This document shows, piece by piece, positions 51,098-61,738 of a stretch of DNA of 64,000 nucleotides (within the stretch, counting starts at the first letter, position 1; every line of letters begins with the position of its first letter). Below the pieces are notes generated by a model. That model did no database searches and was not told the DNA's origin. It saw only the letters and a list, made by a program, of their open reading frames with translations. Made by a program: the position numbers and the translations under genes. The stretch lies in the NCBI GenBank assembly GCA_016839555.1, contig JAEOUA010000009.1, forward strand, positions 1-64,000, read 5' to 3'. The stretch comes from Promethearchaeota archaeon. GTDB taxonomy: Archaea; Asgardarchaeota; Lokiarchaeia; Sigyniarchaeales; SOKP01.

Positions 51098-52147
51098 ATG
51101 GCTGACAAAAATAAATCAAATATAATTAGGCTCGCTCATGGAGCGGGGGGGATATTACAAGAAGAATTAATTAATTTTATTACCAAAAACATCCCTATAA
51201 AAAATATTAATCATGGTATTGGAGTAGAAGAGTTAGACGATGGAGCTACAATTCCGCTTGATAATTATGATAAAGAAATTGTGATAACCGCCGATGGTTA
51301 TACCGTTTTTCCTCTCTTTTTTCCGGGAGGTGATTTAGGAAAACTTAGTGTTTGTGGTTCTGTTAATGATCTTTTAATGATGGGCGCTCATCCTTTAGGG
51401 TTAACCTCGTGTTTTATAATAGAAGAAGGATTTACATTTGAGACCCTTGAAAAAATTGTAGATTCATTTAATTCTACAGCTAAAATAGCTAATCTTGCAA
51501 TAATTGGAGGAGATACTAAGGTAATGCCCAAAGGAACTTTAAACAACATAATAATTACGACTTCTGGAATAGGAATTAAAAATAAAAAGATAAAAATAGT
51601 GGATAATGGATTAAAAGACGGTGATAAAATAATAATCACGGGAACTATTGGGGATCATGGAACTGCATTACTGGCAAAACGAGAAGGATTAAATATCTCA
51701 ACTGATCTAAAATCTGATCTTGGATTGCTTATTGAAGTGATGAACTCGATAAAGCTACATATTAAAGAAAATCACATCCATGCTATGAAAGATCCGACTC
51801 GCGGAGGTATTGCGGGAGCCTTAAATCAATGGGCAACTAAATCTAATGTGGGAATTTTTTTAGATGAAGAGAAAATCCCAATTAAAAAACAAGTAAATGC
51901 TATCTGTGATATGTTAGGATTAGATCCATATAATATAGCCTGTGAAGGAAGAGCACTTCTTTCTGTTGATTCCACATATGTAGAAGATATATTGCAGAAA
52001 ATTCGCTCCACCTCCATGGGGAGAGAAGCTCAAATCATAGGCGAAGTAAGTGCAAAAAATCCTAAAAAAGTTCTTTTAGAAACAGTTATTGGAGGTACCA
52101 GATTCGTTGATAATCCCTTAGGAGAACCGATCCCAAGAATTTGTTAA
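51098..52147 (+). CDS. hypE: Hydrogenase maturation protein HypE
   Basis: LAHGAGG, FPGGDLG, GGDTKV, DPTRGG and terminal PRIC. Confidence 0.97.
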   Translation: MADKNKSNIIRLAHGAGGILQEELINFITKNIPIKNINHGIGVEELDDGATIPLDNYDKEIVITADGYTVFPLFFPGGDLGKLSVCGSVNDLLMMGAHPLGLTSCFIIEEGFTFETLEKIVDSFNSTAKIANLAIIGGDTKVMPKGTLNNIIITTSGIGIKNKKIKIVDNGLKDGDKIIITGTIGDHGTALLAKREGLNISTDLKSDLGLLIEVMNSIKLHIKENHIHAMKDPTRGGIAGALNQWATKSNVGIFLDEEKIPIKKQVNAICDMLGLDPYNIACEGRALLSVDSTYVEDILQKIRSTSMGREAQIIGEVSAKNPKKVLLETVIGGTRFVDNPLGEPIPRIC

Positions 52148-52313
52148 ATTAATTTTATGATTTTCTCTATATTTAGAATTATGATGTCTTTAAATATCTC
52201 GTTTTTCAAAAACAATCCTTAAATATTTACATTTTTTACCATTTATCTTAATAGTATTATTATAATATCTAAAAACAAGTTTTCTGTAAAAATTAGATAA
52301 TAAAGCAATTAAA

Positions 52314-53408
52314 ATGACATTTCCGGGTATTTCTATTCTACGGAGTAAGGAATTTACGAGAAAAATCATAAAACAAATAAATTTCATAGTTAAAGAGTTA
52401 AATCGACCAGTAAAATTAATGCATGTATGTGGGACTCACGAACATACTATTTCAAAGTTTGGGCTCAGATCTCTTTTACCAAAAGAGATAGAAATCATAT
52501 CGGGACCAGGATGTCCCGTATGCGTCTGTCCAGCAGCAGATATTGATAAGGCAATAGAAATTGGAAGAAGAGATGACACTATAATAACCACTTTTGGAGA
52601 TATGATTCGAGTTCCCGCTTCTAATCTCTCTTTATCGGAATTAAAAGCAGAAGGCGCTGATGTTCGAATTGTTTATGGCCCAAATGATGCTGTTAAAATT
52701 GCTAAAGAAAATCCTAATAAAGAAATTATTTTTTTTGCTATAGGTTTTGAAACCACCGTCCCCTTAATAGGATATGAACTCCAAAACCAACCTCCTTCCA
52801 ATTTTTCTGTTATATGTGCTCATAAATTAATTCCTGCGGCATTAGAACTTTTGATTAGTATAGACCAATTAAATATTGAGGGATTTATCTCTCCTGGACA
52901 CGTTGCGACTATCATTGGATTGAAACCTTTCCAATTGTTTTCTGATGCTTATAAAGTTCCAAATGTCGTTGCTGGATTTGAGCCTAATGATGTCCTCCTG
53001 GCAATTTTAATGCTTTTAAGGCAGATTAAAAATAAAGATTCTAAAACAATAAATGAATATTCAAGAGTCGTGAAGCCAAATGGAAATATCAGAGCTCAAA
53101 AGATTATTTCTGATGTATTTGAACAAGTTTCAGCTCAATGGAGGGGAATTGGTAGGATATTAGATGGGGGGTTAGTGATAAAAGAACAATATGCTCAATT
53201 TGATGCGGATAAAAAATTCGATATCAACATCACCAATGCCCAAGATATACCTCCAGGTTGCTCATGCCATTTAGTGATGACTGGAAGAATATATCCTCCA
53301 GAGTGTAAATTATTTAGAAAAGTATGTACGCCACTCAATCCTGTGGGGCCTTGTATGGTGTCCCAAGAAGGAACATGTTCCATCTATTACAAATATTATA
53401 GAGAATAA
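52314..53408 (+). CDS. hypD: Hydrogenase maturation protein HypD
   Basis: HVCGTHE, GPGCPVC, GFETT, PGHV and GPCMVS.EGTC. Confidence 0.97.
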   Translation: MTFPGISILRSKEFTRKIIKQINFIVKELNRPVKLMHVCGTHEHTISKFGLRSLLPKEIEIISGPGCPVCVCPAADIDKAIEIGRRDDTIITTFGDMIRVPASNLSLSELKAEGADVRIVYGPNDAVKIAKENPNKEIIFFAIGFETTVPLIGYELQNQPPSNFSVICAHKLIPAALELLISIDQLNIEGFISPGHVATIIGLKPFQLFSDAYKVPNVVAGFEPNDVLLAILMLLRQIKNKDSKTINEYSRVVKPNGNIRAQKIISDVFEQVSAQWRGIGRILDGGLVIKEQYAQFDADKKFDINITNAQDIPPGCSCHLVMTGRIYPPECKLFRKVCTPLNPVGPCMVSQEGTCSIYYKYYRE

Positions 53409-53428
53409 ACCCTCTTAGGTTTTTTAGC

Positions 53429-53833
53429 TTAGGAGTCTTTTTTATTGAGTAACTCCAAGAATTTAGTACGGTCAAAGTATACTTCATTTTTGGTAATTTT
53501 TTGATTATCATTGATTTCTACAATATCCATTCCATACTGAATTAAAATATTGTTATGAATTGGGATAGTTGCCTTCCATTTTAAGATAAATCCTTTTCCA
53601 GTTTCATAGAATTCTTCTATTTCCCATTTCCAATTTGGATTGGCTGCTAACAATTTCTCAAAATAACGATAGAGATCATCTTTTCCTTTTAAACCTTCTG
53701 GATTAGCCGGATCTTGATAATAACAATCTTTATTATAGAATTCTATAAGCGCCTCTGGTCTATTCCCTGTCCATACTTCAAGCCATTTTTTACAAAATTC
53801 AAGAGTTTTATTATAATCCATTTTGTATTCCAA
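53429..53833 (-). CDS. SnoaL-like / NTF2-family protein
   Basis: WLEVW...Y.DP...G...YF, G.DIVE and EVYFD. Confidence 0.85.
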   Translation of the reverse strand: MEYKMDYNKTLEFCKKWLEVWTGNRPEALIEFYNKDCYYQDPANPEGLKGKDDLYRYFEKLLAANPNWKWEIEEFYETGKGFILKWKATIPIHNNILIQYGMDIVEINDNQKITKNEVYFDRTKFLELLNKKDS

Positions 53834-53980
53834 GATTAGAAATAATTGAATTAATTAAAAGAATGATTATTTATTATTAAAAACTGATAATAATAAAATT
53901 CAAGTTAAGAATATTCGATAAATACAATATTTAATTAATAATTATCATTTTTACTCAACACGAGGATAAAAAAAGTAAAA

Positions 53981-55513
53981 ATGAAACCAAAACTTAAACA
54001 TTTTTTAGCATTTGATGTTGGAGCGAGCTCGGGGAGGGCTATAGTAGGAACTCTTAATCATAAAAAATTAGTTTTAGATGAGATTTATCGCTTTCCTAAT
54101 CATGGGATAAAATTACATAACTCATATTATTGGAATTTATTAGAAATCTATTCTCAAATTATCAAAGCTATAAAAAAATATGTGAAGTTATATGAAAATA
54201 ACGTAGATGGGATAGGAATTGATACATGGGGAGTTGATTATGTTTTATTAGATAGAAACGATGAATTAGTAGGGTTAAGTTACCATTATCGCGATAATAG
54301 AACAAAAGGAATGCTTGACCATATGTTTAAACATGTACCTAAAGAAGAGATTTTTGCTAATACAGGTATACAATTTATGGAAATAAATACATCTACACAA
54401 TTGTTCTCACTTGTTTATAATAATTCACCTAAGTTAAATATATCAAAAACCCTTTTGATGGTTCCAGATTATTTGAATTTTTTATTAACTGGTAAAAAAT
54501 GTTCAGAATATACGATAGCATCAACCACACAGTTAGTTAATCCTAAAACATTGGATTGGTCGAAAACTATAATTAATAAGTTAGGTATAGATACAAATTT
54601 ATTCCAAAATCTGTGTAAACCAGGGACTGTAATAGGAAAAATTTATAAAGATATTGCTTGCGAAGTTAAAATTAAAAATGATACTAAAATTATTGCTCCT
54701 GCCTGTCATGATTCAGCAAGTGCAATTGCAGCAGTTCCTGTTAATATATTAAAGTATAAGCGAGGAGAATGGGCATATTTAAGTTCCGGCACTTGGAGTC
54801 TTTTAGGTGTAGAAATAGATCATCCAATAATTAACAATAAATCCTTAGAATATAACTTTACAAATGAGGGAGGTTTTGAAAACACTATAAGGTTCCTTAA
54901 GAATATAACGGGATTATGGATAATTCAAGAATGCAAAAAACTTTGGCAGAGTGATATTTCAAACCTAAATTGGGAAAAAATAATATCAAAAGCCTCAATA
55001 GCGAAACCATTTCAGTGTTTTATAAATCCTGATAATATTATTTTTCATAATCCTTCAAATATGATAAAAGCAATTCATAAATATTGTGAAGAGACTAATC
55101 AACACATTCCAATAACAATCGGCGAGATTGCACGAACAATTTTCGAAAGTCTTGCATTAAGATATAAGCAAATAGTGGAAAATTTAGAGGAAATTACCGA
55201 AAACAAAATAAAAGCACTCTATATCATAGGAGGTGGTGCTTCAAATGTTTTATTGAATCAATTTACTGCAAATTCCCTTAATATGCCTGTTATCACAGGT
55301 CCTATTGAAGCAACCGCGATAGGTAATATCTTAGTTCAAGCTAATGCTATTGGTTTTGTAAAAGATCTTAATGAAATAAGAGAAATCGTAAGAAATTCCT
55401 TTTCAATAAAAAAGTTTTATCCTAAGGATCAGAAAAATTGGAATTATGAATATGAAAAAATCAAAAAATTATTAAAAAAGAAATTTAATAAGTTTACCAC
55501 ATACTACTCTTAG
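53981..55513 (+). CDS. rhaB: Rhamnulokinase
   Basis: LAFDVGASSGR, GIDTWGVDY, YRD.RT, HDSASA, SSGTWSL, FTNEGG and LKNITGLW. Confidence 0.92.
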   Translation: MKPKLKHFLAFDVGASSGRAIVGTLNHKKLVLDEIYRFPNHGIKLHNSYYWNLLEIYSQIIKAIKKYVKLYENNVDGIGIDTWGVDYVLLDRNDELVGLSYHYRDNRTKGMLDHMFKHVPKEEIFANTGIQFMEINTSTQLFSLVYNNSPKLNISKTLLMVPDYLNFLLTGKKCSEYTIASTTQLVNPKTLDWSKTIINKLGIDTNLFQNLCKPGTVIGKIYKDIACEVKIKNDTKIIAPACHDSASAIAAVPVNILKYKRGEWAYLSSGTWSLLGVEIDHPIINNKSLEYNFTNEGGFENTIRFLKNITGLWIIQECKKLWQSDISNLNWEKIISKASIAKPFQCFINPDNIIFHNPSNMIKAIHKYCEETNQHIPITIGEIARTIFESLALRYKQIVENLEEITENKIKALYIIGGGASNVLLNQFTANSLNMPVITGPIEATAIGNILVQANAIGFVKDLNEIREIVRNSFSIKKFYPKDQKNWNYEYEKIKKLLKKKFNKFTTYYS

Positions 55514-55514
55514 G

Positions 55515-58500
55515 TTATGCTATTATAAATTTCCTCACAATCTTGATCAAAATAGGACCAATTAAGCCAGAGGACATAAGTTCCTTTTTATATTTATGGT
55601 TTATCCAATCCGGCCCTCCAGTTTTTCCATAACCAATTAATCTATTCCTTAAAGTTGGGGTAACTTCTATCTGAACTTCATTTTTTCCAATTTTCACCGA
55701 TGAGGTGATATCTTGTATATAAGGATAAGTTAATAAAGGTGGAAATTCTTCTCCATTCACTTCAATAATCCCAGCGTCATGGATATGTCCTATTGAAATT
55801 ATAACTCTATTCTCTTCTTGAAGTTGTTCTTTATTTATATCAAAATTAAATGAATATATAGCTTTACTTGAACAATATTTTAATTCTGGAATAGTTCTCC
55901 AATCCTTTAATTCCTGCATTTCTGTGGTAAATTTTTGATAATTTCCTAAATGATCTCGAAGGTTTGTTTCAAATCTAAAATTCTTTATCTCAATAGAGTA
56001 TAAATCATTTTCTCCAATATTTATAGATTTTTCATCTCCTTTATTTAACTTTATTGTATACCTTCCTGGAATATCGATATAACTTATTAAATGACTATTA
56101 TCTCTCTCAATTTTTAATTGAGATTCAATAACATAAGGCTCTTCAGTACCCTCTCTAAAATCTATCAAGAGAGCTTCATAAGGATAGAAGAATATATCCA
56201 TTTCAACATAATTTTCATATCTTCTATACTGAGTTGCTTGGAATATATTCCCTGACCAAGGATTTAAAATAAAAGGAATTTTTGTAGGATGAAAAAATTT
56301 TATTTTGACTCTTTTAGCTGAATTTTGGGAAGTTCTAAGAAAATAAAAATCATGAATGTCTGATTGTTTGTGAATGTAGTAAATTGAATCATGTGGTTTC
56401 TCAAACTGAATTCCGGGTTTAATTCCAAATCTTTCCAAAATAAGATTAGAAATCTTATTTTCATCATTACTTAAGAAAATTTTATTATTATAAAGTAAAT
56501 CTTTCATTATATTACTTATTTCTACATCATTCTTTTCATAATTTAAGAAACCTGGTTGTTTTAAAGGTATTGATTCAATAAATATTATTGGTATCCCATT
56601 ATTGGTGATCTCTTTAAGTTTTTTAGCCATAGCTAGTGAAATCTTTTTTAAATTTGGAATGATTAATATTTCCACCGCTGCTGATCCAATTATTAATTTA
56701 TTCTCTACCACTTTACTATTTAGGATAGCTTCCTCATTAACATGAATGTAATAATATCCATTTGAAGTTAAATCGTCAGTTAACCGGAGAAATGAAGAAA
56801 TCCATTGTTCATTATAGTCTAATTTATTAGAATCCTTCACATGTGCATTAAATGCATCTTTCGCAATTTTAGCATCATATTCGTCTAAATATCCTCCAAC
56901 TAATTCCTCCCTTTTTAAAACATTATCACTATAGTTAAATAGGGGATAAAATAATGCAATATTGCAAATTATCTTTCCCAGCTGCAACATATATTGACAC
57001 CTTGAAATGTATTTATTTAATATTGGAAAGAATTCCCAGAAGGGATTATTTCTACTAAAATTCGAAGAATAATTAACTATTGATGGCATATATGGTGTAG
57101 AGAACCCGCAAAATCCAGGATATGGGAAATGAGGATTTTGATAAGGAAATCCATGATAGATCATTTGATTAACTCCAGAAGAAAATAATTTATCAGCTGC
57201 AACTTTCCACTTTAAGGGGGTAGTCATATAGTCTCTTTGATTCCAAACCATTGATTCTGCTGTAATGATCTGTTTATTGTAAATAATACCAGCAGAGCTA
57301 GCTAATTTTAAAAAGTCATTAATTCCACCAGCATATAATTGTTCCGTTTCGGGTATATGAGAAAGTCCAAAGGCTTTCAGAGTATCCGCTCTTATTCCAT
57401 AACTTTGAATTCTATTTTTTAGATTGTTTTTCTCAGCCCATTCTGTCACATTTTGCACATAATTTTCACAAAAAAGGTCTGAAATGGTTAATTCATAATC
57501 ATAACGAATTTTATCCCCAATATCATCTATTAAATCAAATCCTGGAATCATTTCATATCTTATCCGTCGATTTTTATTATCTCTATTCGGAACAAAGCAA
57601 ATAGGTAGATATGGTTTGAGATCGTACCCTCTTCTTCTTTTAAACTCTGAAAGGAATCCATCTGTCCATAGCCAATTAGATGCTAATTCAAAACTGTCCG
57701 TAAAGAAAGCTCTCAAAGTTTTACCAAAATGATGGCCAAAATATTTTTTCGCTTCTCCTAAATGTGATTTAAGATGAAATTTTATAGGTGTAGAGGCCAA
57801 ATGATCAATAACTAAGCTAATTTTGTTAACTTCCGACTTACAATCTGCTAAAGGACTAATTCCTGAAGGTTTGCTAAAAAATGAAAAAATTTGCCATGTT
57901 CCTTGAGGCACCTTCCAATTCAAAATATTATCCTTATTAACCTTATCTGTTAAATCAATGAGAGAATCTTTATCTAAATAGGTTCTCTCTATTCTTTTAA
58001 ATCTGATCTTTCCTGGACTTTCCAATGGTTTAGCAGCAGAAACAGCAACCAACTTATTATCTTGGCTAAAATCTGCTATAAGAGATAATCCTTGACTAGG
58101 GGGTTCTACGACTTCAGGGAGTTTTCCAGAATAATTTAATGGACCCTCGATAGTTTTTTGTCCAATCATCAACGTCTTCATAGAATCTGTTTTTTTGATA
58201 TGAGTACCACCTAATGGCCAAGAGGAACCAATTGTCAAATCTATAATCATATCTCTTTTCTCTGCTTCATCCAATACAGATTTAATCATTTGATAATAAT
58301 ATGGCTGCATATATCTATGCGATCGTTTTGCTCGTTCCATATCTGTTTTTTCCAAATCAAAAGGAGAGCCAATCATAAAAACCTGTATTTCTGCTCCAAG
58401 AAAACCAACATTATCTAATTCTTGAACTTCTTTTACTAACTCATTTTCATTAACATCTAAACCTGTCCACCACCACCTAACCATAGGTCTTGAGAATTTT

Positions 58501-58547
58501 GGAGGATTTTTAAATTCTTCAACTTTAAAACTTCTATCTTCCAACAT
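55515..58547 (-). CDS. Glycoside hydrolase family 106 (alpha-L-rhamnosidase-like)
   Basis: RPMVRWWW, SWPLGG, FFTDSFE, EFKRRRGYDL, GVNQMIYHG and SGLIGP; flanked by rhaA and rhaB. Confidence 0.85.
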   Translation of the reverse strand: MLEDRSFKVEEFKNPPKFSRPMVRWWWTGLDVNENELVKEVQELDNVGFLGAEIQVFMIGSPFDLEKTDMERAKRSHRYMQPYYYQMIKSVLDEAEKRDMIIDLTIGSSWPLGGTHIKKTDSMKTLMIGQKTIEGPLNYSGKLPEVVEPPSQGLSLIADFSQDNKLVAVSAAKPLESPGKIRFKRIERTYLDKDSLIDLTDKVNKDNILNWKVPQGTWQIFSFFSKPSGISPLADCKSEVNKISLVIDHLASTPIKFHLKSHLGEAKKYFGHHFGKTLRAFFTDSFELASNWLWTDGFLSEFKRRRGYDLKPYLPICFVPNRDNKNRRIRYEMIPGFDLIDDIGDKIRYDYELTISDLFCENYVQNVTEWAEKNNLKNRIQSYGIRADTLKAFGLSHIPETEQLYAGGINDFLKLASSAGIIYNKQIITAESMVWNQRDYMTTPLKWKVAADKLFSSGVNQMIYHGFPYQNPHFPYPGFCGFSTPYMPSIVNYSSNFSRNNPFWEFFPILNKYISRCQYMLQLGKIICNIALFYPLFNYSDNVLKREELVGGYLDEYDAKIAKDAFNAHVKDSNKLDYNEQWISSFLRLTDDLTSNGYYYIHVNEEAILNSKVVENKLIIGSAAVEILIIPNLKKISLAMAKKLKEITNNGIPIIFIESIPLKQPGFLNYEKNDVEISNIMKDLLYNNKIFLSNDENKISNLILERFGIKPGIQFEKPHDSIYYIHKQSDIHDFYFLRTSQNSAKRVKIKFFHPTKIPFILNPWSGNIFQATQYRRYENYVEMDIFFYPYEALLIDFREGTEEPYVIESQLKIERDNSHLISYIDIPGRYTIKLNKGDEKSINIGENDLYSIEIKNFRFETNLRDHLGNYQKFTTEMQELKDWRTIPELKYCSSKAIYSFNFDINKEQLQEENRVIISIGHIHDAGIIEVNGEEFPPLLTYPYIQDITSSVKIGKNEVQIEVTPTLRNRLIGYGKTGGPDWINHKYKKELMSSGLIGPILIKIVRKFIIA

Positions 58548-58732
58548 TTTTTATCTCCACTAATTTTTCTAAGTAATTTTATATCATAAATTAAAAAAAA
58601 ATTAAAATTAGAGAGCAATAATTCTAATACTGAATAAACTTTATTATAATATTTAAATATCAATTGTAATATAATAAATTTTTTTCAAAAATGTTTGGAT
58701 AATATATTTGAATTTTATTAAAAGCTCATAAA

Positions 58733-60010
58733 ATGAGAGAGATCATGAATATTGGTCAAATACATAATTCATATGAAATCGCAGAGGAAAGATATAACCA
58801 ATTTGGTATTAACATTAATGATGTCATTGAGCAATTAGAAAACATAAGTCTTTCAATCAATTGTTGGCAAGGGGATGATGTGAGAGGATTTGAAGTACCA
58901 AATTTAGAATCAGTTAGAGGTGATATTTTAGCTACAGGAAATTATATTGGAAAAGCGACAAATATTACAGAGCTTCAAGCAGATCTCAAAATGGCAATTT
59001 CATTAATACCCGGCTCTCATAGGATTAATTTACATGCAATTTATGGCGATTTTGAAGAAAAGTCTATAGATCGAGATAAAATTGAGATAAAACATTTTCA
59101 AAAATGGATAGAATGGGCAAAAAGGGAAAATTTAAAATTAGATTTCAACTCTACTTTATTTTCTCATCCGAAGGCGGATTCTGGATTTACTTTAAGCTCC
59201 AAATCTCCTGAAATCCGTAAATTCTGGATTACACATGTACAGAATTGCCGTGAGATTAGTGCCAAAATTGGAAAGCAATTAAATGATAAAGTGATTCATA
59301 ATATTTGGATTCCTGATGGGTCGAAGGATATTCCTGTTGATCGATTAGGTCATAGAAAGTTATTAAATGATTCATTAGATGAAATTTTCACGCAAAAGTT
59401 GAATTCAAACTTCATGCAAGATGCCTTAGAAGGTAAATTATTTGGGATCGGTAGTGAAGCTTTTGTTGTTGGTAGTTATGATTTTTATTTAAGCTACGCT
59501 ATAAAGAATAATATAATTATAACACTTGATTCAGGTCATTTTCATCCAACTGAATCCATTGCAGATAAAATTTCAGCAATTCTACCTTTTGTTAAGGGAA
59601 TTTTGCTTCATATCAGTAGAGGAATACATTGGGACAGTGATCATATTCCAATCTTGAATGACGAATTAATTCAAATCGCTGAAGAAGTGGTTCGAGTGAG
59701 AGAAATGAATAAAATTTTCTTAGCATTAGATTTCTTTGACGCATCTATAAATAGATTAGCAGCTTGGGTTATAGGAGCTCGATCAACCTTAAAAAGCTTT
59801 TTATATTCTCTACTTCAACCTTGGGAACTTTTACTTGAATATGAGGAACAAGATAAGCATTTTCAACGATTAGCACTATTAGAGGAACTTAAAACCCTTC
59901 CATTTGGCTCAGTTTGGGATTATTATTGCTACAAACATGATGTTCCTATTGGAACAGAATGGTTTTCTCATATTGAAGATTATGAGAAAAATATACTGAA
60001 GAAAAGGTAG
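58733..60010 (+). CDS. rhaA: L-rhamnose isomerase
   Basis: CWQGDDV.GFE, TGNY.GKA, NLHAIY, WIPDGSKD, KLFGIGSE, GHFHPTE and WDSDH. Confidence 0.96.
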   Translation: MREIMNIGQIHNSYEIAEERYNQFGININDVIEQLENISLSINCWQGDDVRGFEVPNLESVRGDILATGNYIGKATNITELQADLKMAISLIPGSHRINLHAIYGDFEEKSIDRDKIEIKHFQKWIEWAKRENLKLDFNSTLFSHPKADSGFTLSSKSPEIRKFWITHVQNCREISAKIGKQLNDKVIHNIWIPDGSKDIPVDRLGHRKLLNDSLDEIFTQKLNSNFMQDALEGKLFGIGSEAFVVGSYDFYLSYAIKNNIIITLDSGHFHPTESIADKISAILPFVKGILLHISRGIHWDSDHIPILNDELIQIAEEVVRVREMNKIFLALDFFDASINRLAAWVIGARSTLKSFLYSLLQPWELLLEYEEQDKHFQRLALLEELKTLPFGSVWDYYCYKHDVPIGTEWFSHIEDYEKNILKKR

Positions 60011-60374
60011 TATATACAAAAGGAATGAATGAAAAATTTCTCGAAGCAAATCTTTTATACTAAAAACTCATCGATTTAACTTTTTCTGATGCAATATTAG
60101 AAAAGGATATTGGTGGGAGATAAATATTATTTAAATTTTTTGAATATTTATTCCTTTTTTCAAAAATCTTTTTTTGAATTTCTGAATTATTATTCATTCC
60201 ATTTAGAATAATTATTCATTTCAATAATCTCACCTATCAATTTCATAAATAAAATAGTAATTTTTTAATAATCCCATTAATAATTTATAACAATCCTATT
60301 ATGCTTTTTTTTAGGAAATTGAAAATCATAAAATATAAAAACACATAGTAAAAAACAAAAAGAGGATAAAAAAG

Positions 60375-61737
60375 ATGCCAGTTAAAGTAGCCTTTATGCA
60401 ATACGGGCATATATCTCATATAGCTGGGGCGAATATCGGACTGCTGGGGCTGTCATCAATCCTTATTGAACGCACATTTAGGATTGCTTGACATTCTTCC
60501 GGCACTGGATATTGTATATTGGCCTGCAGTGGTAGATTTTAAGTTAGACTCCTTAGAAGCGCGACCTGACGGTGATGTTTTAGTGGGATTCATTGAAGGT
60601 TCCATTAGAACAAATGAGGATTATCATAGTGTAAAATTAATGAGAGAGAAATGCCAATTAATTATCAGTTTTGGTTCTTGTGCCTGTTATGGAAATGTAC
60701 ATGGATTAGGAAACGAATGGAAAAAAGAAGAGTTAGTCAAGAGAAAATTTGTTGAAGCGGAGAGCATTGCAGATGAGAATCCATCAGAACCCACCGAACA
60801 TGTACCAGGTTTCAGAGATTACTTAGTTGTAGTAGATGATGTTATTGATGTTGATGCTTATATCTCAGGATGTCCACCAAAGCCAGAACAAATCGTTAGC
60901 GCTGTTCAATTTCTACTAGGTCAAAAGGATTTTCCGATGCAAGAGAGCGCTTTTTGCAACCAATGTCCATTAAATGAAGATGGATGCATCTTGGATGCAA
61001 GAGTGCTTTGTTTCGGACCAATAACCAGTGTAGGATGTTCATTAAAATGTCCTGGTGAGGGTAATCCTTGTGTAGGATGTTTTGGTCCTTCAAAAATAGC
61101 TCATTCCAGAGCAGACAAATTAATTGAGAAGACATCCGATATATCAAGTATAAGTTCCGGTGAAAAGAAAGCTATGTATGAATTCTTATCCTTATACTTA
61201 AATGTACCGTTGATGGCAGGATTTGATTTATCAGCAGATATCTTAAAGCAAATTAAATTGAAAGGAGAAGCTCAAACACCATTAACTTCGCTTAATGATA
61301 AGGCACAAGCAGTTGCTACAAATATATTGAAATATCTTAAAGATCATCCCGAGTTTCATGAAATTTCGAATGTATGTGATACATGCCCTAGAATCATAAG
61401 AAGCAATTCTACAATGACACGCGTCAAGAGAGATTATGAAGGTCTCCCGAATCAAGAAGAATGCTTTATAGAGCAAGGATATATTTGTATGGGGCTTGTT
61501 ACAAATGCTGGGTGTGGAGGAATGTGTATTAAGGTGAATGCTCCCTGTACTGGCTGTTATGGTCAAACAGAATGGGTTGCAGATCAAGCTTCTCGATTTG
61601 CTGAGACTGCAATCAAAGGTTTCAATGTTGAATTATCAAAAGATGAATTATTACGCCAAGTAAAGGATCATATTGGAACTTTCCAGAAATTTACCTTGGC
61701 AAAAAATAAAGAATTTACAAAAAAGGTGCATGAATAA
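60375..61737 (+). CDS. vhuG: F420-non-reducing [NiFe(Se)] hydrogenase small subunit (MvhG/VhuG), interrupted by a 31-nt insert near the 5' end
   Basis: SD GAGG and ATG at 60375 give MPVKVAFMQ; SDCWGCHQSLLN follows in the +1 frame; EGSI, GSCA.YG and GCPP; duplicated Cys-rich C-terminal module. Confidence 0.88.
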
Positions 61738-61738
61738 A

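Noticed and set aside
1808-61587. Short ORFs antisense to or overlapping real genes (e.g. 1808, 2686, 7588, 11760, 12557, 15185, 15566, 16145, 16548, 17072, 20064, 30296, 34760, 37806, 38475, 49021, 51388, 51826, 52190, 53195, 58457, 60896, 61282)
   Set aside because: Shadow frames of well-supported genes or low-complexity AT-rich sequence, with no motifs
61673-61738. Tracked N-terminal extension of vhuA
   Set aside because: Overlaps the vhuG 3' end; homology begins at MVKEIKVEPVTRLEGH (ATG 61739)
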